From the human T2T-CHM13v2.0 reference genome, Homo sapiens: 64,000 nucleotides of DNA. Numbering within the stretch: position 1 is the first letter of the stretch; every line of letters begins with the position of its first letter. Positions 26,263 through 38,619 of this stretch are shown here, one piece after another. The stretch lies in the NCBI RefSeq assembly GCF_009914755.1, contig NC_060929.1; one strand, written 5' to 3'. The notes beneath the pieces were generated by a model, which saw nothing but the letters and a program-made list of their open reading frames with translations, ran no database searches and had not been told where the DNA came from. The position numbers and the translations under genes were made by a program.

Positions 26263-28760
26263 TTAAGTAATCCTTCTTGACAATCATCTCCCACAAAATG
26301 TTCCTTCCACAAAATGTTTCTCAGGCATCAATTTTATTTGCACTTAAATTGACACATAGGAGCAGAATGAAGTTATTAAGTGGTTATTCTAACAGAGTGA
26401 TTTGCCATTTTGTTAGAGTCTGAATATAATTGGGAGAAATCTTTACTTCATACTGCATGTGTAGACACAGATGTGGTCAGTGAATAATTGTATAAACACG
26501 TTTCAGAATTGCTTCAGCCTCTTTTGAGTGGAGTATATGTAGAAAGCAGGCTGAGGCTAGCAGAAGTGAGAGATAACAATAGATAGAAGTGTAGGCAAGA
26601 GTCAAACGAAATTCTATTGGAAAATAAAAACAATGGTGAACCTGAAAAGTGTTTGAACCCTGTTACAAACTCGCATCAACGGTTTTCTTTTTTCTCTGCG
26701 ACAAATGTGACAGCCAAGTTACTGTATAAAAAGAGGCCTCATTTTTAGCCCCATTCTGGGAGCCCATGTAATTACTACTGGAGTATAAAGCTGGGAATAG
26801 GGGATCATTTTGCACTGAATGAACTATAATCAGCACCCCAACTTTGTGCAGTCATGTCTCCAAGGAAAAGCTCATCTGAACTTTTCCAAAGTTTCTTTCG
26901 TATATATCAAAATTATTTATATGCTGTCAAAAATTGGCTGAAACCCAGCTATCCACAGCTATCCACAGTTCCTAGAAAATTTAGCATATGATGTTTCTGG
27001 AGCATTTTTCTGCCTTTCTGCAAGGAACTTATCTAGTTATATTAATGATTATTGGCCTCTTTTACCACTCTTTTGCAAGAAAATCCTTCCGGACAATACA
27101 AATATTAAAAATGTAAATACAGTCACATATAATAAATGACTGCTTTTACAATACCTTGGCTATATGCTGTATGTGATGAATCCCAGCAGCCTTCCCTCTT
27201 TCCTAGTTATATTTATTAGCAGTGTTTTTCTTATGTAACCATAAATAATACTCTACTAAGCAATTCCTAACACATATATTTAATAAGTTGAATACAAATA
27301 AAGATCTTAGTAATTAAATTAATAGCATAATTTTCTTGGAAAGAAGTTGAACAAATGCATTAAGGAAAATTTCAAGTCCTCAAAGTTGCAGAAAATAAAC
27401 TTGTAACACACACAACTGGAATCAGAAGGATAATAGTAATTTGTAGCCCCTCCAACGCAAAATTTCAGGAGTGGCCTCACTAGCCTTTTACCTAAAACTG
27501 ATGACTTTAGGTGTCTACTCTATCACAATACTACAGCTACTTATGTTTCCTTTAAGCCTAAACAGAAAAAAGGAAAACACAGCAAATATTTTTTGCCTTT
27601 ATATTAGAGCAGTGTTTAATCATCAGCAAAGTGAACAACTGGTCTTTAACAATAGGCTGCTTCCTTCTACTGAAACTTCTACTTACACTGCTATACTCCA
27701 ATTATCCTGCAAGTAAATAAAGTGGATCCATTAAGGTCCCTAATAAACATCAATAAATATCTTGAATTTATTTCATTGAACTTTGATTTAGTTCATTATA
27801 GGCGCACCTTTAGCTCCTGAGCTGTAACCTTTAACATTTCCATATTCTGCCTGGTCCCAAATGCTCCTGGGAATACTTAGGTAAAAACCACACCCATAAT
27901 TGCAATATTTCTATGTTGGGTTTAATATTATTAACATGGAATCAGATATAGGTAATTAAATCCATTTGCAGCTAATATAGAGATATTAATTCTTGACTTA
28001 AAGGTCAAAAATAAAAATCTTATGAGATAAAATTGTATTGGTCTTTAGATTTTTATTTTTTAAATTGCATTCAGTTCAAATATTTACAGAAGCACTTAAA
28101 AATAATATATTTGAATTTCTGAGAGAAAATAACTATCAGCTATGTATAGTTATCTTCTTTCTATTTTGTGGAGGAAAGAAAAGGAAGACTGAAGATATTA
28201 TTTCAGTTTCCTGGTAACGTGTTCAACAGACACCACAAGGGATTTAAAATATTTATTGAATTGAAAGAATATCAGCTAATAAATAACAATTTGATAATTA
28301 ATATCTACAAACCCCATCAGTCCAAGGTTGCCAAAATTAAAGTACAGAGTAAAAAGTTTCAAAAAGCTCCAGAATGAAATAAGACACTGGACCTTCTTTC
28401 CTGGTGCAGCAGAAAAGCAGACTGAACACATCCCAGGCACAAAGAATTTCACTATCCAGTGAATCTTCTACTGACCGTTTCTTTCAAAGGCCAGCAAATT
28501 CTTCACAGAGGGGAACGCAGCAGCCATCTTCTTTGTCCTTGGGACAGAGCAAGAAGGGTCTGTTCGAGCTGGTGACCTAGATTTGAGGAGCAAGAAAAAC
28601 AAACGATGATCCCTGTCCCAAAATATCTTCATTTTTCCTAAAATGAAATTTCCTAAATGAGCCCATTTTTCCTAAAAAGAAGGTATTTCCTAAATATCTT
28701 TCCTAAATTATTGCCTCCAACTCCTGCATTACTGTCTCAAGTTAAGACTTGGAAGACTGT

Positions 28761-29123
28761 TGTAGTAGTCTGTTCTCACACTGCTAATAAAGGTTCAATT
28801 TATTGAACCTTGGGTTCAAATACCCAAGAGGTTCAATTGACTCACACTTCCACACGGCTGGGGAGGCCTCATAATCATAGCTGAAGGGGAATGAAGAGCA
28901 AAGTCACGTCTTTCATGGCAGCAGGCCAGAGAGCCTGTGTAGGGGAACTCCCCTTTATAAAACCATCAGATCTCATGAGACTTATTTTATCACAGCAACA
29001 GCATGGGAAAGAACTGACCCCATGATTCAATTACTCCCACTGGGTCCCTCCCACGACACATGGGAATTATGGGAACTACAATTCAAGATGAGATTTGGGT
29101 AGGGACACAACCAAACCATATTA
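28761..29123 (-). mobile_element. THE1B/C solo LTR carrying a local rearrangement
   Basis: tgtagtagtctgttctcacactgctaataaag ... ccaaaccatatta; TSD actgt/cctgt. Confidence 0.92.
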
Positions 29124-29646
29124 CCTGTTAAAAGGCAAATATTTGGGTGAGCAATACCCTTTACACTGCCATGGCAAATAGATTTGACCCCATATGACAT
29201 CTCTGATAAAGTGACAGAGGTTGCTGTAATGTGCTGAAAAGATTCTAAGGCCATCCCCAAGCTCAATAGAAAAGAATACTCTTTGAATAGCAATGTCCAC
29301 TGTGAGCACAAAAGAGACTTGCAACATATAAGTTGACTATTTCCTGACTGTTGTTTTTCCTTATCCAGCATCTACTCATCTTTCTTTTGCCAATATCATG
29401 CTGATTTTCCTTTAAGTATCCACCTCTTCCCTAATTTGCATTCTCCCATTTGCATTCCAAATTTTTTCCATCTCTGTTTTTACACATTCAAAACTCAGAT
29501 CGGTTTGATTAAGCAAGAAATGTGTCAATAATCATAGATGTCCCCTCCTGGGAACCATGTAGGTGGGCTAATTTGTTGGTGCAGAGAAGGGAGATTTGCT
29601 CTAGATTCAGCCTTATAAGAAGTGAATTGAAGATAAAGCCTTAGAA

Positions 29647-29684
29647 GCTCCAGTAGTGCAGTTGGTTAGCACACGAAACTTAAA
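29647..29684 (+). pseudogene. Tailless retrocopy of the tRNA-Ile(TAT) 5' half
   Basis: gctccagtagtgcagttggttagcacacgaaacttaaa versus GCTCCAGTGGCGCAATCGGTTAGCGCGCGGTACTTATA (29/38, four differences are CpG decay); 19-bp TSD with 2 mismatches. Confidence 0.8.
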
Positions 29685-30057
29685 TGAAGATAAAGCATTA
29701 AAAAATTGCATTGAATATTCATATGACTTGTGAGAACATCTGGCAATTACAGAGCATTTTGCCAAGACTTAATAAAATAAATAAGGAGAATAAAGATCAG
29801 AATATATTTCAAGCTAGTACAGGCTTGCTCAATATATTTTTTAATTGGTCAAGAATTATATAACAAAACCTTATGAGATAATCTGTAGCAGCAATTCTTT
29901 TTCTCAAAAATTAAAGAAGCTATTTAAAGAGAAGGGCTGTCCACCACAGCAACTTTCTAACACTGACCTACCTAGTTTCTTCTGTAAGGGGATACCTTAT
30001 TGTATTTAATGTACTCTAAAAATACATTTACTTCCATGTTATTGTTTTATCATGACC

Positions 30058-30364
<307 letters not shown>

Positions 30365-30412
30365 TAACCATTTTTCGTGAGCATTTGATCTTGCTCTTCA
30401 TGACACTTTTGA

Positions 30413-30753
<341 letters not shown>

Positions 30754-30859
30754 TCCATAACACAATTTTTAAGGCTTCTTTAATAGAGCTGCTCTTGGGA
30801 TCTATGTTTCCAAAAAGAAGTTCAAACTGTCTCTCCGTTTCATTGCCCTGTATTTTCCT

Positions 30860-31050
30860 TTATGATACATCACAATCTGTATTTATTTTGCTATTTGTTT
30901 CCTTGTTCTTTGTCTATGTCATACAAGCTGTATGAGGTGGCACTTTGTCTGTCCTTTTCACTATGTCTCCAACACCAAGCAGAGTGCCTGGCACAATAAT
31001 TATGTGTGAAAAGAGTGCTTAGTAAATCAATGAATCTATGAATCAATGAA
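30860..31050 (+). mobile_element. L2 3' end
   Basis: caagctgtatgaggtggc..agcagagtgcctggcaca..aatcaatgaat tail. Confidence 0.7.
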
Positions 31051-31891
31051 ATAATTCATAAATGAAACTGATGGTGATACAACACAGTGGAGGTGCTTTT
31101 ACTTTGTAAGCAGCTTTGTTCATAAATTCATGAGAGTTCAGAAGTGGAAAGCTCATAAGTAGAGGCACTTCTGTTCTCCTTCCTGCTTATCTCAGACATG
31201 GCATCAATACCCATCTCACGTAGATTCCTAGGCAGCCACTTCAAATGGATTCCTTCCATCTCTGGGATAAGGTACTAAAGCCAAAGTAGGTATTCATGCC
31301 TCTGTTCGCCCTGACCCTGCCTTGGACTCTTTATTCCAGTAAAGCAAGCTATGGTACATTTTCCTCTCATCGTCTTGCCATTCTGTCTATACAAAAGTTT
31401 GGACCTTTCTATGCGTTGCCATGATACACTCTTTATACCATTCATAACATCTGGCTCACAGCTTCTAATAACCCACAAATGCCTTGACATAAGCAACAGC
31501 TAATTTCGTATTATGCAAGGTTTTAGTTATATTAGAAAATGACATAATGTATATAAAAGCGTTTTATGAGCTAAAAAATCCCATGCAAATGAAAGAGATA
31601 ATGATCATGATTATCACTATCATTGTTGTTGCCTCAGCAAAGACGGAAAACTCTTTGAAGAGTCTTTTCACATTCTCCCTTTTTGGCTTTTAAGAAATAT
31701 TGAACTACATGCTTCCAGAGAAGAAATTGTTTCTTGGCATTAAAATAGAAATTTTAATAAAATCACATTAACTCTTCCAGGCACTGTTACATTACAGAGG
31801 AAAACAAACAAACAAACAAAACCAGATCCTATTGTCCCAGATCCACTATTTATCTAAAATGTGAAGAACAGGCATTTCTTAGTAGTTTACA

Positions 31892-32118
31892 TTTTCTTTT
31901 TTTTTTTTTCCATTAACTTTTATTTTAAGTTCTGGGGTTGAAGTGCAGGATGTGTAGGCTTGTTACATAGGTAAACCTGTGCCATGGTGGTTTGCTGCAG
32001 AGATCCACCCATCACCTAGGCATTAAGCACACAGTCCATTAGTTATTCTTCCTGATGCTCTCCCTCCCCCGCCCCTCAACCCTGACAGGCCCTAGTGTGT
32101 TTGTTCCCCCCACAGTGT
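31892..32118 (-). mobile_element. Short 5'-truncated L1PA (L1PA10-13-like) 3' end with poly(A)
   Basis: aacttttattttaagttctgggg..ttgttacataggtaaac..ggtttgctgcagagatc..cctgatgctctccctcccc. Confidence 0.9.
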
Positions 32119-33260
32119 AAGCTTTGAAACATACTTTCATTTCCTATGCAGAGGATGATTTTGATTCCCCACTTTACACAAACTATCCTCTTAGAGAGGA
32201 GACCCCACTAGGCCAGTCAACCCAGCAATATCTCAGATCACATCAGACTCATTGGAAGAGAAGTAGAAGTTGCCTAAACACTATAATTTGAAGCACATCA
32301 AAAAGGTCCACACATGGCTCTGCCTAGAGGTCTAGCCCTGGGGACTGAATAAATTAAATAATAAGCCTAATGTCCTTGAGCACTCTCAGCTACCAAACAA
32401 AAGCCATGCTAAGCAAATGGAAGTACAAAAATGGATGCATACAAACATGCTTCTTTCGCACACAAATGTTCCCAGAAAGTATTGAATTGCATGCTAGCAA
32501 GAGAGCTAGCCACAGAAAGGATTGTATAAGCAAATTCCTGTTTCCCAATTTTGACCTTTACTGACTGTTCAAGAATATTCAGCTGTCTCACACTACCTTG
32601 AGCAATATTACCATTTCCTATTTATCCAGATAAAAGAAAATGCATACCAAGAGTCTCTGGTAGCTATAACTTACGAAATGATACCATGGGAGCCTAAATA
32701 AGTTAATATAGATTTCACATGTATAATATATTCTTTGAACAATTGTACTTACAGCAATAATATAGCTCATCAGTTTTTGGAAGAGGCAAAGCACTTTTCA
32801 GGGCTTATTTTTGCAATATCACATTCTCTCCTAGCTTTCCTCCAGTTATGAGAAGTCAGAGGGGAAAATAATGAAACCCATCTCTGGTCATAGGCATCTG
32901 ACTGAAGAACTTTGTTACTATTATTTGCAAGGATTTGACACTGACTTGAGGTTTCAGTGATGATTGACATTTGTAAAGAAGCCTTTGCATAGCATTCAGC
33001 AGGCTGTTAAAAACATGTATAATTTAGCTTTGGTAGTTTCAATAAAGTAAAGGTTAGGTTCTGCCAATGACCTTTCTTGAACTTCTAGGAGTATATAGTC
33101 TTTTGGTGAAAAGGTAAAAAACAAAGACTATATTTTCCTACTTAGGTGGTAATTACACTTCAGTTTATGTAGTTCTGATGTTCGTGGGAGATCTTTATAA
33201 TTTACCCCTGGGCAGGCTCTCGCTGTGAAGCTTTTTTTTTCCCCTTGAGAGAGTTGGTTG

Positions 33261-33291
<31 letters not shown>

Positions 33292-33990
33292 CATCCTTGC
33301 AAATTGGATAAGTGTTGCATTACAGTGATTTGCAACTCATTGATAGACTTACATGTTTGAACCTTAGGAATAGCACTTGAAAGAAAGATTACAAATCCCC
33401 TTAACCTGCAAGCATTCACTTTCCAAAAATACCTATTTGCAAGGCATGAAAGCACTGAATTTTGAAAGCCCTGGTAAATCCAAGCAAAGTGAAATGTACC
33501 TCTGCTCAAATGAGTTCAGTGGTGGTCGGCCTTTAAGAAGACAACGTGTTTTGAGGCTTTCTACAGATAGCCAAAGAAACTCGTCCTTCATTCAACATCA
33601 CAGGGTTCCTCTGCCATCATGGTAATTACACATGTTGCCAACTCAATTAAGATTGCACAAGGAAAGATGATTATTCATTGTAGCAATTTCACTTTATAGT
33701 CAGTGGTAAATTCTGTGAGAAAACTTCATCCGGCAACTTTCCCATCCTCCTGGAAGGGGGGTCCTTGGTGGTCAGCCAGAAACATGCAGAACTATCAGTA
33801 TAATTCATGCTGCTTAGGGGTTCAAAAAAAAAAAAAAAGAGGCATTTCCAAAGCCAGGGCAAATTAGCCTTTGGCATTGAAACTCTCGATTATTTATCCA
33901 CTCAGGCGCATCTATACAATGAGAAACAACTGCCTTGAAAGGCAATAAAATGTTGCATACAGTTCCCAGGGGCCTGTCTGCCTGATGAAG

Positions 33991-34512
33991 CATTTAATCA
34001 ACCAGGCCACAGAACCATTTGCGTTCTATGTATCTAGCTAGGGGAGGTAGTCAGTGAAACTCATTAAACAGTACTCAGAAGAAACTATCCAGCCCAGGTC
34101 TTTATTTTCTCCACAGGCTCTCAGGCAAAGTCCCAAAAGTCCATCTTTGGGCTATTGATGAGTGTTACCAAGCTCCAGCTCCATTTTCTCAGAAAACTCA
34201 GGTCAGGAAGGTGTTTCTTCCTTTAATCTCTTCCTTAACTCCCAGGCTGTGGTCAGCATCTCATGCTCTCATTTTGCATGCTTTTGTTTTCTTTCCCCAA
34301 TAATAATGCAATCTATTGAGTAGGAATGATGGCATTCTTCTCCCACAGCAACTAAAATGATGTTTGGATAGATCATTGGGTCTTGAAAAGTACATTTTCA
34401 TTGTACTGGGCTGGATGGTTTCTTCTGAGCACTGTTTAATGGGTTTCACTGACTACTTCCCCTAGCCAGACACATAGAATGCAAATGGTTCTGTGGCCTG
34501 GTTGAATAAATG
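33991..34512. repeat. Inverted repeat: 107-bp arms (33991-34097, 34406-34512), 308-bp spacer
   Basis: Manual alignment: 99/107 identical, no indels; I do not recognise the arms as an interspersed repeat. Confidence 0.95.
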
Positions 34513-34827
34513 GATTTGTACTTCATTGTACTACTAGCGGCTCTTCACCTAAACAAAATTTCCATTTGGAAATGGGAATATCCCTCTCACTTATGTAAAC
34601 ACTACTTTCCCTTTCTTTTGATCAAGGACCTTCCTTCAACTTCAAAGTTTTTCATCTCCTCTGTACACATGATGCTTCCGGATTCTGAAGTCTTGTAAGT
34701 CAAAAATTCAATGCCTAAAAATTTTTCAATGTACCATCTTTCATAGACACAGAGTAACTATGCATCAGAACAAAAGCACAACTACTTATTTATATAATGG
34801 TACTTTGTATATAAGAATGAAAGGGAA

Positions 34828-34975
34828 GGCCAGGTGCAGTGGCTCAAAGCTGTAATCCCAGCACTTTAGGAGGCTGAGGTGGAAGGATTGCTTGAGGTCA
34901 GGAGTTCAAGACCAGCCTGGGAAATGTAGCAAGTCCCTGTCTCTAAAAAAAAAAAAAAGAAAAAGAAAAAAAAAT
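34828..34975 (+). mobile_element. FLAM_C/AluJ monomer with A-tail
   Basis: ggccaggtgcagtggctc..aggattgcttgagg; imperfect TSD agaatgaaagggaa / agaataaaaggggaa. Confidence 0.88.
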
Positions 34976-35231
34976 AGAATAAAAGGGGAAAGATTTTTTG
35001 GAACTCAAGCTATTCATCCATTGAGAAGTCTCTGTACAAATTATCTGGTCTCCTTATTGTCAGGAAGCTCACAGAACCTTTATGTATTTGAGTATTACAT
35101 ATGCATTTATTTGAAGAAAATTCACAGGCTTTACAATGAGTTATAACACCACTTCCCAGTTCCTTCTCACTGTGGAACTGTTAGCAACCCATTTGGTCAT
35201 TTTAGGTGCACTATTAGGTGCATTAGTATAC

Positions 35232-35428
35232 CTTTGAGATAATCTCAGATCTACTGCTTATTAGTTGCATGATGTGGCCACATTATTTAAGGTCTTTGCT
35301 TCAGTTTCCAAATCTGTGAAACAGAAATAGCAATAGCAATCACCTATGGGTTATCAGGAGGATTAAATGAGTTACTACATGTAAGGCACAGAGAGCCTGG
35401 CACTTGGTATGAACTCATCAAATAGTAA
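35232..35428 (+). mobile_element. MIR
   Basis: cttcagtttccaaatctgtgaaac..gaggattaaatgagtta..gcctggcac. Confidence 0.8.
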
Positions 35429-35599
35429 CTTTTTTTTTCTTCCAGATCTGGGGACATTCTCATGTGTCCCTCATGAATTTTGTTCCATTCCAACTGAGAG
35501 TAGTGGGAGGATGCCACTTCTTAATTCAGGGTCCTCATTGCTAAGTCTTCGGCCTTTTGTTATGTACTCGTTCAAAATACAGGCTTCAAGTGATGACTC

Positions 35600-35730
35600 T
35601 GTATTTCTATAATCTCCACTTAGACAGAGATTCCTAAGGACAGGAACTCGATCCTAAGGTTGTTTCTATGGCCCACCATGTTTAAGGCAGTGTCTCACAT
35701 GGAGTAAGAGCTCCATATTTATTTTTGTTG
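35600..35730 (+). mobile_element. L2 3' end fragment
   Basis: ccacttagacagagattcctaagggacagg..gcagtgtctcacatggagtaagagctc. Confidence 0.6.
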
Positions 35731-36230
35731 ATATTTTTTACTGTTCCTTCCTCTCTGGTTACCCAACACTGATTATGGCAGCATTCCACTCTTTCTCCTC
35801 TTCCACACCACGTGTAATTTGATCCAATAGAGGTTACAGAGCCTGTAAGGCATACTACAAGGGACTTACCAGTAACCAAATATGTGATCCTTACCAGAAC
35901 TCTTATTGTTTAGATAGGAGAAAGAGCAGATAATTTTTTGGACAGATGTGTGTCCTGGGTTGTGGGCTGCTTGTGGGTTTCTCATGTGCTGGCAAGCTGA
36001 TAAAATTGAAAGGCAATGAAAAAATTTGGACAAGCATTCCAGTGAAGCTAACACAAGATTTCTTGATTTTGACCAACTTTGGCTACATTATTAGGAAAAG
36101 ATAGCCCATGAAGGTGTTTTCTATGGGAAACACTCTACTATAAGAAGATAACCAATGAAAATTTTTAATTCACTGAGCCAGACTTCTTTCCACATAGTCT
36201 CATGTGATTCAATTACAAAACACTTTTTTC

Positions 36231-36556
36231 GGCAGGGTGCGGTGGCTCACGCCTGTAATCCCAACACTTTGGGAGGCCGAGGTGGGTGGATCTCAAGGTC
36301 AGGAGTTCAAGACCAGCCTGGCTAACATGGTGAAACCCCGTCTCTACTAAGAATACAAAAATTAGCTGGGCATGGTGGCACGTGCCTGTAATCCCAGCTA
36401 CTAGGGAGGCTGAGTCAGGAGAATTGCTTGAACCGGGACCCGGGCGGCGGAGGTAGCAGTGATTGAGATCTCGCCATTGCACTCCAGCCTAGGTTACAGA
36501 AAGAGACTCTGTCTCAAAAACAAAACAAAACGAAACAAAAACAAAAACAAAAACAA
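36231..36556 (+). mobile_element. AluS (Sx/Sg-like) with (AAAAC)n tail
   Basis: Complete dimer; TSD aaaacacttttttc / aaaacacttttctc; small internal duplication aaccgggacccggg. Confidence 0.92.
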
Positions 36557-37334
36557 AAAACACTTTTCTCTTACCTGCTTACTGGCATCTTTGAATGCAG
36601 ATTCAATAGTGAACTGGACTTACTCTCTTCAGAAGGTACTCCTACTGATGCTAGAAAATGCAGCCACAAAGGAAAAACATTGTAGAGGAATTTCACTCCA
36701 GCAGAAAGAAGCAACTCCCTCATTACCAGATTGTTGTTTTCAGCAATTCTGTGGAAAGTCCCTTCTCTTGTTCAGTCCCTTGCTTCTCCATTTGGCTTAA
36801 TCCCCCCAGCTGTAGTTTTCAGAGTCTTATGATTATTATTAATGTTATTGACTGGCTATTTCAGATAGCGTAGGTTCAAGTCTTCATGAGTTGAAACTTA
36901 GCCTTTCTAATCCATCTGCTCACGAAGGTCCCTCGTGGATTCTTTTCCTTTAAGTTGTGACTTGGCACTTTGGTTTCGTCTGATTTGTTCTGTGACCTAT
37001 GTACAAGCCATGTTTTTTTCAGTATTGGAAACGGGCTATTTTTTTGGTGATCACTTACACATGTTGCTGTTTTCCCTCTGTTTCTCTGCTTACTCCATTC
37101 TAAAATCCAACACATGATATGCTGAATTCAAATGGTTTTTGGAACCAGGTGAGAATTGAGCTTTGGTCTTATTTTTTTTTAATGGGCAGGTTTTTCCAGT
37201 GAAGGATTTTCAAGCTTTTTTCTTTTGAATTTTGCTCCTTTAAAATCCAGATGCTGTTTAAAATTAGTAGAAGGCATTTGAACTGTATGACTAAAAAAAC
37301 CATAAACTGTTAGTATTCATGAATTATATATTTC

Positions 37335-37455
37335 TTTTAGAGATGAAGGCTCCCTATGTTGGCCAGGATGGTCTCGAACTGCTGACCACAGGTGATCCAC
37401 CTGCCTCGGCCTCCCAAAGTGCTGGGATTACAAGTGTGAGCTACCATGCCTGGCC
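37335..37455 (-). mobile_element. Alu left arm only (AluS-like)
   Basis: tgttggccaggatggtctcgaact..caggtgatccacctgcctcggcctcccaaagtgctggg. Confidence 0.88.
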
Positions 37456-37646
37456 ACTTAGTGACTTTTAAAAGAAAAGGATTTGGACCACAAGAAATTT
37501 ATGCTATTGTAGAGCATTAATTAGTGAGGATATCTGAAATAAAGAAATCTCCTTCCATTCAAATTGGCTTGAACATAAGAGAAGGACCGTTATATATATT
37601 TCAGGCCGGTTTCAGTGATGGCTGCCAAAGTGGTCTAGAAAATCCT

Positions 37647-37990
37647 TGTATTAGTCCACTTTTATGCTGCTGATAAGGACATACTCGAGACTGGACAATT
37701 TACAAAAGAAAGAGGTTTAATGGACTTACAGTTCCACATGGCTGGGGAGGCCTCACAATCATGGTGGAAGGTGAAAGGCGTGTCTCACACGGTGGCAGAC
37801 AAGAGAAGAGGGCTTGTGCAGGGAAATTCCCATTTTAAAAACCATCAGATCTCATGAGACCTATTCACTATCCTGAGAACAGCGTGGGAAAGACCCAGAC
37901 TCATAATTCAGTGACCTCCCACAAGGCCCCTCCCACAACATGTGGGAATTCAAGATGAGATTTAGCCGGGGATACCACCAAACCATATTA
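37647..37990 (-). mobile_element. THE1B solo LTR
   Basis: tgtattagtcc..gctgctgataag..aatttacaaaagaaagaggtttaatggacttacag; TSD atcct/gtcct. Confidence 0.92.
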
Positions 37991-38619
37991 GTCCTTAACT
38001 ATATGGGACTATGGTAGAGATAATTGCAGAAAACAGAGACTTCTTAGTTTCCTGAGCCTGAGAGAAACCAGGAGAAGAGGGTCTTGAAGGTCTTTCTTGC
38101 CCATCCAATAAGCCATCTCTTTTCCACCAGAATCTATAAAGGGGCTAAAAGTCTAGCATTAAATGTTGAATCAAATTGTTAGTTTCAGTAAGAGTAAAAA
38201 GCCTTTCAAATCTCCTGGAAGTAACACTAGGTGATTCCCCTCCCCGACCCCTCACCTCCACGAACAGCAAAGTGTTAACCTCTCTGTGCTTCAGTTCCCT
38301 CATCTTTAAAGTCTCTGTAGCATGCCTCCTCATGACCTCCTACATACATAAACAAAAATGGCTAGACAAGCCCTGATTGTTTCACAAGCTATACAGCCTT
38401 GACTCTTCATCACAGGCTATTTCTATACAGCTAAAGGGAAATGGAGAATTGAAGCTAATGTGGAGAATTGACATCTCATGCTCAATTTTACTCTTGCAAC
38501 ATTCGGAGAATGACTATTTTTTGAAAACCTATTCAAGTGTGCTGGAACCAGGGCCTGGATAAATAAATTTTTAAAAATAGATCTAATATAGGTGATACTT
38601 AGGAGCTCATTTGCTTCAA

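Noticed and set aside
33561-33627. Possible 55-nt exon (ctacag|atagcc...catg|gtaatt)
   Set aside because: Weak polypyrimidine tract and donor, no partner exons; unsupported without transcript data
36231-37455. Oppositely oriented Alus ~800 bp apart
   Set aside because: Very common in primate DNA, and transcription here is unknown
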